A stretch of 64,000 bases of DNA from positions 22,140 through 86,139 of IMG/VR virus record IMGVR_UViG_2883187667_000001. One strand, given 5' to 3'. Positions 47,822 to 57,676 of the stretch are shown here, one piece after another. A program made the translations under genes and the position numbers. The notes under the pieces were generated by a model. That model made no database searches and was not told the DNA's origin. It saw only the letters and a program-made list of their open reading frames with translations. Position 1 is the first letter of the stretch; each line of letters starts with the position of its first letter. This DNA is from a virus (taxonomy: Duplodnaviria > Caudoviricetes).

Positions 47822-48163
47822 ATGGATCTTAAAACAATACTAATTTTGGCAGCTACGACAATAGTAGCATGGAAAATACTCAGCTATTTTGTACGCCTGT
47901 ACTTTAGAAAAAGACGTAAAGCGCGATTACTGGAAAAGTACGATGACGAGGAAATTGTATGTTTAATCATGAATCGCAAGTTCTGGCAAGGACAAACACC
48001 GGAACAACTTATAGATTCTATCGGGCAACCCCACGATATAGACAGAAAGGTTCTCAAATCAAAAACAAAAGAGACATGGAAGTATTACCAAGTACGCAAA
48101 GGACAATTCTCTTTAAAAGTTTACTTTGAAAATGACATTGTCATAGGATGGGAAAAGAAATAA
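47822..48163 (+). CDS. Membrane-anchored SmpA/OmlA-like (BLIP-fold) protein
   Basis: N-terminal TM; GQTPEQLIDSIGQP...ETWKY...VYFENDIV. Confidence 0.55.
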   Translation: MDLKTILILAATTIVAWKILSYFVRLYFRKRRKARLLEKYDDEEIVCLIMNRKFWQGQTPEQLIDSIGQPHDIDRKVLKSKTKETWKYYQVRKGQFSLKVYFENDIVIGWEKK

Positions 48164-48744
48164 TGATACACATCACAAAAAAAACAATTACATATTCATT
48201 ATTTATTTTATATTCTGTTTTATACGGTTATTCACTTAGCGCTTCAGCAACCACACTTGAAGAACTTGCAAGCGTGATTTCTCTTCCTGAAAATGCAGAT
48301 TATTCAGCAAATGACTGGTCATCAACTGATGGTGTATCCGGTGTAAAATGGAAACAAAAAGGCATACAGTCAAACCCGTCAGGTTCGTTTACGCGCACTG
48401 GAAAAACAACTCTCGATAAACTAGGGCCTGCTATCGTTACCTACATTGGCCCCAGAACAATGATCTTCGCTATTCATGTCGATATTGATAAACCAATGGT
48501 TTCCGATGAATACAAAACAATACTTTCATCGCAGTTCAAAAAATCTACAACAATACATACAATTCGTGATAATTGTAAAGATGAAGGACCGTCGTCATCT
48601 TCTGGAGTATATGAAGCAATCTTGACCGGAAAGAAGCCTGTATATATTTTAGTCGAAAGCTCATCCGGTGCGAGTGGCATGGATGGAACGACTGGTTTTG
48701 ATATTTCTCTTGCGTCTGAAGACAGATGGAAGTGTAGTCCATGA
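48163..48744 (+). CDS. Secreted hypothetical protein
   Basis: Signal peptide ending ASA; two Cys. Confidence 0.6.
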   Translation: MIHITKKTITYSLFILYSVLYGYSLSASATTLEELASVISLPENADYSANDWSSTDGVSGVKWKQKGIQSNPSGSFTRTGKTTLDKLGPAIVTYIGPRTMIFAIHVDIDKPMVSDEYKTILSSQFKKSTTIHTIRDNCKDEGPSSSSGVYEAILTGKKPVYILVESSSGASGMDGTTGFDISLASEDRWKCSP

Positions 48745-48931
48745 GTAAAGTGCGAAGAACCCGAAATTAAAATACCGCTGCTGACGGGCGGATATGGCAG
48801 GTATTAACTGTAGACCCGCCTATCAAGCGGGGGATTACGTGCGCCCCTAGCACTCTATCCTGCCTAAAGTCGGTCAGATACAGGCGTCAATAATATTTGC
48901 GCGTTAATAACATATTTGTTACCGTGCAACC

Positions 48932-49261
48932 ATGAACTACACCATCACCTACTACAACGAAGCCGTTGAAGCCGACATACTGGCGTTACCCGCCACTTTG
49001 CGCGCACGATACTTCAGCTTGTCCGACCGCATGGAGGTTTATGGCGCGAATTTGGGCGAGCCGCATACCAAAGCGTTTGGTGATGGTTTGTTCGAGCTGC
49101 GCATGAAAGGTGCCGAAGGAATCGCCCGCGTTTTCTATTGCACCTTGGTAGGTCGCCGTATCGTGATGCTGCACAGCTTCGTCAAGAAGTCGCAGAAAAC
49201 CCCGCCGAAAGAGCTGCGGATTGCTGTAACTCGTATGAATGAGGTTAAAAATGAACCCTGA
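48932..49261 (+). CDS. higB: RelE/HigB-family toxin (Gp49-like)
   Basis: LGEPHTKAFGDGLFELR...ARVFY...LHSFVKKSQKTP. Confidence 0.9.
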   Translation: MNYTITYYNEAVEADILALPATLRARYFSLSDRMEVYGANLGEPHTKAFGDGLFELRMKGAEGIARVFYCTLVGRRIVMLHSFVKKSQKTPPKELRIAVTRMNEVKNEP

Positions 49262-49565
49262 ACGCAAACCACCCACGATGACACACGCAGAATTAAAAGC
49301 AAAAGCCTTGGCAGACCCGGAAGTACGCGCCGAATATGAACGGCTGAACCGCGAGGAATTCGCCATTTTAGATGAAATCCTGGCCGCGAGGCGCGAAGCA
49401 GGACTGACCCAAGCGCAAGTAGCCGAACGCATGGGCACCAAAGCGCCCGCCGTGGCCCGGCTGGAATCTTCTCTGGCATCCGGCAAGCATTCCCCGAGTA
49501 TAGACACGTTACGCAAGTACGCTGCGGCGCTCGGAAAACGCCTTGAAGTGCGTTTCGTGTCGTGA
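49251..49565 (+). CDS. higA: HigA-like HTH antitoxin
   Basis: ARREAGLTQAQVAERMGTKAPAVARLES...PSIDTLRKYA. Confidence 0.88.
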   Translation: MNPERKPPTMTHAELKAKALADPEVRAEYERLNREEFAILDEILAARREAGLTQAQVAERMGTKAPAVARLESSLASGKHSPSIDTLRKYAAALGKRLEVRFVS

Positions 49566-51162
49566 CTCGACGCCACACGGAAGGATAGCACCCGAAAGAT
49601 TACCACTGTCAACCTGTCAGAATTGACGGGTATCTGCGCATTAAGCTGCTTGATAAAATGCAGGTATATGAATGCTAATCTAATATCTGGAGGAGAAATG
49701 CATAAAGCAGGCGGAATAATTGGCATTATTGCTGGGATATTTGGAATTATTGCAGCAGTAGCTACGCTATTTTTTGGTGGCATAGGTTCTGCGTTCGAGG
49801 CAGAAGGAGCAAAGACAGTAGTTGGCCTTGGCTGGGGAGGGGTTGCTTTCTCCTTTCTCTCTATTATCTTAGGTGCCGTCGCATTCGCTCGCCCAAAGGC
49901 GGCAGGTATCGGGCTCATTATCGTCTCTATCCTTGGAGCCATTCTAGGGGGTACGCTAGTAGCAGTATGCATGGCCTTGTCATTGATCGGCGGCATTCTT
50001 GCCCTCATTGGGGCAAAAAATGAAGCCCAAACTACTCATCAACATAGCATAAGCGACTCCCCCCCTCCTCCCCAAACAAAAAAATACACCTGGATATGGT
50101 GGACGGCTGGTGCAGTGGTATCAATTATCGTACTCTCAATGGTTGGTAGCAATGATGCGCAATTACCAAAAGTTGATCCAATAGTAGATCTTGCAGGACA
50201 ACAGCCAAGCGACTTACATCCAGATGGTGAGTTGTCTGACATATTCGCACTTGGCAGTAAAAATACCGAACTCCAGCGCGAAAATAAACTTAAAGAGATA
50301 AAGGGGAAAGTAATCCAATGGGAACTACCTGTCTATGAAGTATCACGATCTCATGATGGATATAAGGTTCAGACCAAATCTAGTATACGCATCGGTCAGT
50401 ACGGTAAAAATGCTGTCGGGGTATTTATCTATATAACCCCGAGAAACGATGACGAAAAACATAAAATTGAATCTTTAAAAACTGATGACATCATAAAATT
50501 TAAAGGGCGTATTGCAGGGACTTCCATGCGTTCTTTAGAAATAAAACCAGCGATACTTTCCAATAACAGCACTGCAACTATTAATAAAATTGAACCGGCC
50601 AGTACCGCTGACATTAACACTGATAAAGAATTTCCTATAGTTGGGGAAAAAAACCAATTATCAGATCAGAGTCAACCGGCTGAAACTGTATCTACTGCTA
50701 CGGGCACTCCAGCACCAACGACTCCAGCAGCCCCTGCGCTTCATTCAAACGATCCACTGCCCGGAGAGTGCAGTGAAATTCAGTCCTGTATTGAGCAAAG
50801 CCTAAAAGCTGCTCGGGATAATAACATTGACATTGTGCGCCATATCGCCTCGCGCATTGACTCCCTGCCCAAACCTGAACTGGGAAATAAAGTACAGAGT
50901 AGAAAACTCAATGCGCAAGGACTGGAAACATTCAAGGCAGGCGACTACAACAATGCCGCAGCCTACTTCCAAATGGCTCTGAAAGAAAACCCTCGTGATG
51001 CCGAACTGGAGGCTAATCTTGGTTCAGCGCTGACCGAAGCGGGTCGCGCCGGTGAAGCGGTTACTCCGTTTTTATCTTCGCTACAGCTTGATCCACGGCG
51101 TTCATGGACGTGGGCTCCATTGGCTGAGGCGTATGTGGTAACGGGACAGCAGGATAAAGCTG

Positions 51163-52257
51163 GGCGGTTTCAAATTCCAAGTGCAACGGTTGTTGATTCG
51201 CACATAGCCTCATCCTTTTGGCAATTATGCAGGAATTCGGCATAAACTTCCAAGGGGGTTCTAAACCCGAGAATTTTTCTCGGTCTCGTGTTCAGTCTGT
51301 ATGCGATTTCATCCAGTTGCTCCTGCGAGTAGGTCGACAAATCGGTTCCTTTGGGTAAATACTGGCGCAGTAGTCCATTGGTGTTCTCGTTACTTCCGCG
51401 TTGCCAAGGGCTATGAGGGTCGGCAAAGTAGATGGTGATGCCCGCTCGCTCACTGAGCGTTTTATGGCAGCTCATTTCCTTACCTTGATCATAGGTCATG
51501 GTTTTGCGCATCGGCTCATGGACACGGTTCAATGCGTTACTGAAGCCTTCCAGTGCGGCTTCAGCCGTGCCGGACGTCATAGCCGCCAGCATCACAAGGC
51601 GGCTGCTACGCTCGACCAGCGTGCCTACCGAAGAACGATTGCCTGACCCCTTGATCAGATCACCTTCCCAATGCCCTGGAACCAGCCGGTCTTCAATCTC
51701 CGGTGGACGTACATGCAAGCTGTTCATATCAGGTATCTGACCACGCCGATCGGTTCCTCTGGCGCGAGGACGTCTGCCCGTGTGAGATTGCCGCAAACAG
51801 CTCAACAGTTCGCTGCGTAATTCACCGCGTGGGAAGGCATACAGTGCGGTGTATATCGTTTCATGTGACACCGTAAGGGCTCCCTGCTCTGCATACACGC
51901 GCTTGAGTGTGCCAGAAATCTGTTCAGGCGACCAACCTTCATGCAGAAAGTAATCGACTACGCCAAAAAGCAGGCTATCCGGTAATAATTTGCGCGGCTT
52001 TCGAGCCATATGGCGTAACTGCCTCGCTCGTATCCCCGCCGTACCTGCGCAATAGCTACCAGACTTGACTGGATTGCGTAACAATTCGCGACTGATCGTT
52101 GACGGAGATCGCTGTAATCTCAAAGCCATCGCCCTCAGGCTATGTCCATCTGACTTCATCAACATGATCGCGGCACGATCCTCTGCACTTAAGTGATTAT
52201 ATTTCTTTTCCATTGCAACACCTTATCATAGTGTTGCACTTGTATTTTGAGCCCGCC
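51163..52257 (-). mobile_element. IS30-family insertion sequence
   Basis: Imperfect terminal IRs GGCGGTTTCAAATTCCAAGTGCAAC / GTTGCACTTGTATTTTGAGCCCGCC; 3-bp CTG direct repeats. Confidence 0.92.
51170..52213 (-). CDS. IS30 transposase
   Basis: GHWEGDLI, TYDQGKEM, PHSPWQRGSNENTNGLLRQYLPKG. Confidence 0.95.
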   Translation of the reverse strand: MEKKYNHLSAEDRAAIMLMKSDGHSLRAMALRLQRSPSTISRELLRNPVKSGSYCAGTAGIRARQLRHMARKPRKLLPDSLLFGVVDYFLHEGWSPEQISGTLKRVYAEQGALTVSHETIYTALYAFPRGELRSELLSCLRQSHTGRRPRARGTDRRGQIPDMNSLHVRPPEIEDRLVPGHWEGDLIKGSGNRSSVGTLVERSSRLVMLAAMTSGTAEAALEGFSNALNRVHEPMRKTMTYDQGKEMSCHKTLSERAGITIYFADPHSPWQRGSNENTNGLLRQYLPKGTDLSTYSQEQLDEIAYRLNTRPRKILGFRTPLEVYAEFLHNCQKDEAMCESTTVALGI

Positions 52258-52830
52258 CTGTTTCCGCCTTGTTGCTTTCCTATTATTGGTCGTCTAATCG
52301 CGAAAAAATAGCCAATTTCTACAAGGAACACGCCGAAAAGGATGCCATACAAAAACCGGATAAGGCCGCTGCCTATCGCACCGCCTACAGCATAGTAAAT
52401 AACGGCGGAGTTAATACGTCCAGCTACAAAATAACGGAAATGGGAGTTTCATCCCCAACGACATCGGCGAAAGATGCGCTTGATGAGGCAAACAAACAAA
52501 TCAATATTGTTTGGAATGGAACAACAAAACAAAATAGAGCATTGCTTTTGCCGGAGCAACGGGAATGGTTAAAGATACGCGAACAGGAATGCCAGATTCA
52601 AGCCGCAAAAGATGAGCCTAATAACTTCGTGGCTCAAGACGCGGCTCGCATGAATTGTATGGCTGCGATGACGCACGAAAGAACAAGGGTTCTGAGACAA
52701 AAGATTGTTTCTATGTCAGGCGGCACGCGCGGTTGATCTCCGATCATAGACTGCGCCGAAACAAGCCCAATAGTTGAGCGATCGGCGCACTGCGCCATCG
52801 TGACGGGCGGGTACGGCAAGGTTATACCCC

Positions 52831-53280
52831 CTATTCCGCCGCCTTGAGGTCAATCCCCTCAATATTTTGAACGATGTTTTTTCCGGCACAATTTACGGTG
52901 GCAACCAGTTTACCATCTACTTCCACGTTTACCCCAGCCTCGATTGCGTGTTTATCTGAAAGCCGGTCAGATCCCCAAAAAACGCCATAAACGGTATTAC
53001 CGTTTGGAATATTTACCGTATACGTCAAATAACGTCCCACCCCGTTCCACTGCGATGTCGATGCTTCACTCCGGGGTGATCGTACTACTATTTCCGGCTT
53101 CAAATTTGGCTTACCGAAAGAGTAGTCTATCGATTTCCCTGAATCACAAACCTCGATTAGTTTTCCGCTTTTGGTTAAACAGGAAAATACCTTTTTACTC
53201 CCGCTATCGCAGTCCGCCATCACAGTAGAGGAAAACAAAAGACCGAAAGTTGCTGATGCAAGCAATAGCATCTTAGACAT
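52831..53280 (-). CDS. Secreted Cys-containing hypothetical protein
   Basis: Signal peptide, C..FSC..GK.IEVC motif, AAGGAG SD. Confidence 0.7.
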   Translation of the reverse strand: MSKMLLLASATFGLLFSSTVMADCDSGSKKVFSCLTKSGKLIEVCDSGKSIDYSFGKPNLKPEIVVRSPRSEASTSQWNGVGRYLTYTVNIPNGNTVYGVFWGSDRLSDKHAIEAGVNVEVDGKLVATVNCAGKNIVQNIEGIDLKAAE

Positions 53281-53421
53281 GGTTGCTCCTTGAAAATGGG
53301 GGGGATGGAAACGGCTGGGCCATCGCGCTTATGCAACATCAATCATGCCGCGCGGCATGAAGCTTATCCCAAGCGCCCACACAATCCAACCAAATCCGCA
53401 GACAATGTTTAGCCAATTTTT

Positions 53422-53463
53422 CGGAAAACCTCGCAATCGACCTCGCATCACGCCGCATACACT
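53422..53463 (+). promoter_or_regulatory. Putative late promoter (CGGAAAAC-N28-TACACT)
   Basis: 7-copy motif upstream of the baseplate operon. Confidence 0.65.
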
Positions 53464-53469
53464 TGCGGC

Positions 53470-53757
53470 ATGTCTACGATAACCGGAAATGATGTACAGG
53501 CAATGGTCGGACACTGGCTTAAAACGCCGGTGGGCGGATACCTTGGCTCATCATATGGAAGCAACGCGAAGGAAATGCTTCAGGCGCCCCAAGCCTCCGG
53601 GGTAGCCGATAACTTCCTGCGTAAACTGCGCGCCGATGTCCCGGTGCTGTCCGCGTTGCCGGGCGACGCGGTAAATCTGTATGCCAGAGCCACGCCCCCA
53701 GATCGTACCGATCTCTTCATTGATATTTCCGGTCGGGCAATACAGGTAGGCGACTGA
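53470..53757 (+). CDS. gp25/W-like baseplate protein
   Basis: HWLKTPVGGYLGSSYGS resembles the gp25-like TP.G..YGS motif. Confidence 0.6.
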   Translation: MSTITGNDVQAMVGHWLKTPVGGYLGSSYGSNAKEMLQAPQASGVADNFLRKLRADVPVLSALPGDAVNLYARATPPDRTDLFIDISGRAIQVGD

Positions 53758-55256
53758 TGTATACGAAATCAGACTTTCAACAAGCGGCCAGGGATACGAT
53801 CAACAACTATCCCGCTATCGCGCCACTGTACCAAGCCGGCGATCCGCGCATACATCAGCCCATCGACGCGATGGCGACCATGCTGGCGATGGTGTCGGGA
53901 CAGGTGGAAGTGGCCCTGTCCGAGCCGTTCGAGAAGGTTCGCGACGCCACCATCCTGGCTGACGCGGCGTTGAAAGGGATTATTCGTAAGGCGATTCCGG
54001 CGCGAGTAAGCGTGTCGGCCACCAATAAGAATGCCACGCCATTCGACTTGGCTTCTGGCGCAACAATCATCGACTCGAACGGCAATCCGTATATCGTCGA
54101 AACACCGATCACCATTCCACCCGGCGTAACCGCCGCTTTCAACGTCGCGCAGTACAAGCTTCGCACAATAAGTCATACCGTGAGCGGTAGCGCGCCGTTT
54201 TATTCGATAGAAATTCCGCCCTCTCTGGAGGACTTATTTTTGGCTGGGATCACGCTGAGCGATTCCAGCGGCAATTATTACGATTACGCGCCGAAATTTA
54301 CCGGCATTGCCGCGGGCGAGCGGGTTTATCACATCGAAATAGACGAGTATCAGCGCATGTTTATCCGGTTGGGCTACGCCGGCGTGGTCGGTTACCAGCC
54401 CGTTGATGGCGAAGGCTTCACCATTTTGCTGTCCGAATGCGTTGGCGACGTGCGTCCGGCCAATGGCAGCCCGTTTTCATTCGAGTACCTGTATACGCCC
54501 CAATATTCTTTGGTTGATTTATCCATGGGCTCCTTGTTATCTCCTGGTGAAAATCCGCCTGACATGGCTACGCTACGTGATTTATGCCGCTATCCATCCG
54601 TTTATGACGAGTCCGCGGTTTACCTGGGTGAGTTTGATTTCGTTATCCGGCGGAATATAACCGGACTTTCCTTTCTATCCGTGTGGAACGAAACGCTGGA
54701 AGAAGCGGTTCGCGGTCATAGCATCGACAACATCAACACGCTGTTCGTGGCGCTGATTTCTTCAGCCGGCGGCGAAACGTTCATGGATGAGCCCGATCCA
54801 TCGCAACCGGTTTCACCGCGCGTAATTCCGGTAGACGCCCTGACAGGCGTACAGAAAGACGTTTTGAACATCATCGTGAATGCGGATAACAGTTATCGCG
54901 TTCGATTTATTACGCCGATTCGCGCAAAAATTGCCGTGTCCATCAACGCGACCATCGCAGCCTCTTTCGATACCGAAGCGGTGCGCGCGCAAATCATCAC
55001 CCTATTGTTAAGTGCTTACGGCGTCAGTACCGCGGTAGCCCAGCGCGGACGGTTAAACCCACTTTACCAGATGGTTTACGACATGCTGCGCAAAAATGTT
55101 TCCGCGCTTCGTGATCCGGGCAGCGATTTCACCGTGCAAATCGCGCAACCGCCCAACCCGATCCGCCCGGAACACTGGCGCTATATCTCCGAGGACAGTC
55201 TTACCGTCAACGTGGCGCGCACAAACACCATCACACCCTATTGGAGACCCTCATGA
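53757..55256 (+). CDS. Baseplate wedge protein (BplA/gpJ-like)
   Basis: 499 aa following the gp25-like gene; typical order. Confidence 0.65.
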   Translation: MYTKSDFQQAARDTINNYPAIAPLYQAGDPRIHQPIDAMATMLAMVSGQVEVALSEPFEKVRDATILADAALKGIIRKAIPARVSVSATNKNATPFDLASGATIIDSNGNPYIVETPITIPPGVTAAFNVAQYKLRTISHTVSGSAPFYSIEIPPSLEDLFLAGITLSDSSGNYYDYAPKFTGIAAGERVYHIEIDEYQRMFIRLGYAGVVGYQPVDGEGFTILLSECVGDVRPANGSPFSFEYLYTPQYSLVDLSMGSLLSPGENPPDMATLRDLCRYPSVYDESAVYLGEFDFVIRRNITGLSFLSVWNETLEEAVRGHSIDNINTLFVALISSAGGETFMDEPDPSQPVSPRVIPVDALTGVQKDVLNIIVNADNSYRVRFITPIRAKIAVSINATIAASFDTEAVRAQIITLLLSAYGVSTAVAQRGRLNPLYQMVYDMLRKNVSALRDPGSDFTVQIAQPPNPIRPEHWRYISEDSLTVNVARTNTITPYWRPS

Positions 55257-56701
55257 TCGGCGGCACTCCCGTAGAAACGCTTGGGCCGCTGAGAAACAGC
55301 TTTGTCGTCGATGAAGTTGAAAGCGAGCTGCGACAGCTTTTTCTTGACTTGTACGACGCCCATCTTTCCCCGCAGGTCGCTGATGAGAACGTCCTGGGCG
55401 TCGCGCATCTGGGCTCGATGGAACTACTCAACCGGGCGATGCAGGCGGATGGCTTGGCGCTGCCCAATCGCGGAAACGCATTGGCGTACCAGTATCTCTA
55501 TCGCGCGTGGAAGGGCAGAAACTCCGGGCGCGGTCTTGAGTTTTTGCGAACCGCCATGCAACTGATCTGGCCTACCGGCTGGGAGCTGGATCAAATGATG
55601 CAGCTTAAGTCGGCGCCCTACCCTGCCGCCTTGTCTCCTGCATCGACTACCGGCAACGATGATGACAAGTTTTTGACAAGCCGCGTCCGGGTACTGGTCG
55701 ATAACACCGAAAACGATTTTCATGATATCGACCAGCTCGCTCCCCTGCTCCGGACAACCACGCCGGCGCGCATAACGCTGTATTTCTCCATTCTGAACCG
55801 AATGAAAATTCAGCCAACGGCCGGGGCCGCCATCGGACGACAAGCGCTTAGATCGAAGATTTCGAGCGCGATAACGGGCTCTGGACGTATCCAGGCCGGC
55901 GTGTCTCCCACGGCAACCGGTAGCTTCAGCGATCATCGCGGCGCGAAACGGGATGTCATGGGTAGGTTATTGCGCTCCGCAGAACTGCGCATGGCTAATC
56001 AACGCCCCTTATTGCCACCGTCCTTGACCCCGATCATGGTGACGGCCGCCATCGCAGAGCGTATCCAACAGGAAATGGCGCGCATCGCCAACAGCACGAT
56101 TAAAGCGCCTGCGCTGGTTGCGGGCGTCGCGATGCACGGCTCGGCGGTCGACGATCCGAACCGGCCCAGCGCGACCATTTCGGCTCAGATGCGGCGCGCG
56201 GCGGGCGCGAGCCTGCTGGGCCATTTCACGGATCAAACCCGTAGCGTCAGAGTAAACGGCGCACGCCGAATAGCCGCCGGCGTCCGCGCGCATAACCAGC
56301 GCGCTTTATTGCCGCAATCGATGATGCCGATTCTGGTGTTTGAGGGGTTGTCGCTGGTTAAGGGCGGGCTGCGGACAGGCAGCAGCAGCATGCTGGAGCG
56401 TGCCTACGCGGTGTCCGCAAACAGCGGTGCGCATCCCGTATCGGTGGCAACCGAACAACACACGGTCATAACCAGTGATGGCCCCTTGCAGCCCCACTGC
56501 AGCAGCGTGCAGGAGCGCGTCACTGGCGTAACCGTCAACGGCAGCGAGCATCCCACTTCAGTTGCAACCGAGCGGCACACGGCAGCGGTCTGCGATAGCG
56601 GTATATCCGGTCTGAAATCCTCCTACGAATGGGAGGGGGAATGGGATGGGCGCTACTGGGACGGCAACGTGTCATTTTTCTACGATTCGACGACAGGCTA
56701 A
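55253..56701 (+). CDS. Baseplate wedge partner (gpI-like) with a long C-terminal extension
   Basis: YLYRAWKGRNSGRGLEFLR...TPARITL; ATGA coupled. Confidence 0.55.
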   Translation: MIGGTPVETLGPLRNSFVVDEVESELRQLFLDLYDAHLSPQVADENVLGVAHLGSMELLNRAMQADGLALPNRGNALAYQYLYRAWKGRNSGRGLEFLRTAMQLIWPTGWELDQMMQLKSAPYPAALSPASTTGNDDDKFLTSRVRVLVDNTENDFHDIDQLAPLLRTTTPARITLYFSILNRMKIQPTAGAAIGRQALRSKISSAITGSGRIQAGVSPTATGSFSDHRGAKRDVMGRLLRSAELRMANQRPLLPPSLTPIMVTAAIAERIQQEMARIANSTIKAPALVAGVAMHGSAVDDPNRPSATISAQMRRAAGASLLGHFTDQTRSVRVNGARRIAAGVRAHNQRALLPQSMMPILVFEGLSLVKGGLRTGSSSMLERAYAVSANSGAHPVSVATEQHTVITSDGPLQPHCSSVQERVTGVTVNGSEHPTSVATERHTAAVCDSGISGLKSSYEWEGEWDGRYWDGNVSFFYDSTTG

Positions 56702-56703
56702 GT

Positions 56704-57465
56704 ATGACGACTTTTACCGAATCCGGCAGTATCGCGGCGGCAGTTGCGCTGCTCTCACGAGCGCTACACATTGCCTGGGGAAATGGTAATCCGGATTGGG
56801 AAACCACCCGGACAATTGCGGCGGCCCAGTTCAACAATGACACCATTACGCTGCCCTACCGGCAAATCAGCCAACTGGTGATGACATCTGAGGACGGTAA
56901 AACAGTTTACCAGCCGAATGTTGACTATAAAGTTCCCGACAGCATCGGCGGCTTTCTGTATGACACCGATAACGGCTGGTACATAAAGCTCATCGATGCC
57001 GCCAGCACCGATAGCCTGACCCTGGTGCGCAATCCCACCGGGACCATCCCTGCCGGCGCCTCCGTGGCGGGCAGCTACTTCGTACCCATCCCGCCGGAAC
57101 CGTACAACTCCACGTCGCTGATCAAGGAGGTTGGACGGCGCACCGTGGATACAGCCGCGTTTATTGTCCCTGATAGCAACGGCGCCATCCTGATGCCCGA
57201 CGGCAGTTTTTCTGTGTCGAGCAAACCGACCAACATGCTGTTTGTTAGCGCGCGCTTTCAATTCGGCGACGCGGTCGGTGAGTTCATCGGGGAAACAGGC
57301 GTGTTTGCTGATACGCAGATCGTTTCCGGTTTGCCGGCTGACCAGCGCTATTTTTTGCCGGCACAGATACAGAATTCGGGGCTGCTGCTCTCGATCGATT
57401 ATCGCCCTCGGCAAAAGCGCTACGGAACGCAGGGCGAAACGATTTCGCACCGGTTGATTCTGTGA
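56704..57465 (+). CDS. Tail fibre adaptor / baseplate protein (P1 gpR-like)
   Basis: LHIAWGNGNPDW...LIKEVGRR...IGETGVF. Confidence 0.6.
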   Translation: MTTFTESGSIAAAVALLSRALHIAWGNGNPDWETTRTIAAAQFNNDTITLPYRQISQLVMTSEDGKTVYQPNVDYKVPDSIGGFLYDTDNGWYIKLIDAASTDSLTLVRNPTGTIPAGASVAGSYFVPIPPEPYNSTSLIKEVGRRTVDTAAFIVPDSNGAILMPDGSFSVSSKPTNMLFVSARFQFGDAVGEFIGETGVFADTQIVSGLPADQRYFLPAQIQNSGLLLSIDYRPRQKRYGTQGETISHRLIL

Positions 57466-57472
57466 GGCGGCG

Positions 57473-57664
57473 ATGAGCGAAGTAGTCACACCTAATTTAC
57501 GGCTGCCATTGCCGCACGAGACACTCAACAAGGACCGGCCGCGCATTGCTCAGTCTTTGCTGATGATCGATGTGGCGGTGACGGCAGCGAATAACGCTAC
57601 AGCCGGGTTGCAAGCGCAGGTTGACCAAATGCGGTTGCGAGATTTGTATCAATTGTACATTTAG
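57473..57664 (+). CDS. Small tail-fibre-associated protein
   Basis: TPNLRLPLP N-terminal tail-fibre-like motif. Confidence 0.55.
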   Translation: MSEVVTPNLRLPLPHETLNKDRPRIAQSLLMIDVAVTAANNATAGLQAQVDQMRLRDLYQLYI

Positions 57665-57676
57665 CAGGTAACAAAA

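Larger units (their letters stand above)
49698..52736 (+). pseudogene. Membrane/TPR/LprI (DUF1311)-domain gene interrupted by IS30
   Basis: TM N-terminus and TPR (49698-51162); removing the IS and one CTG restores ...QDKAVSALLLSYYW in frame; C-terminal LLPEQREWLKIREQEC...NCMAAMTHERT is LprI-like. Confidence 0.8.

Noticed and set aside
48812-48856. attC-like sequence before higB (also ACCTAAC on the minus strand near 38640)
   Set aside because: Lacks paired RYYYAAC/GTTRRRY ends
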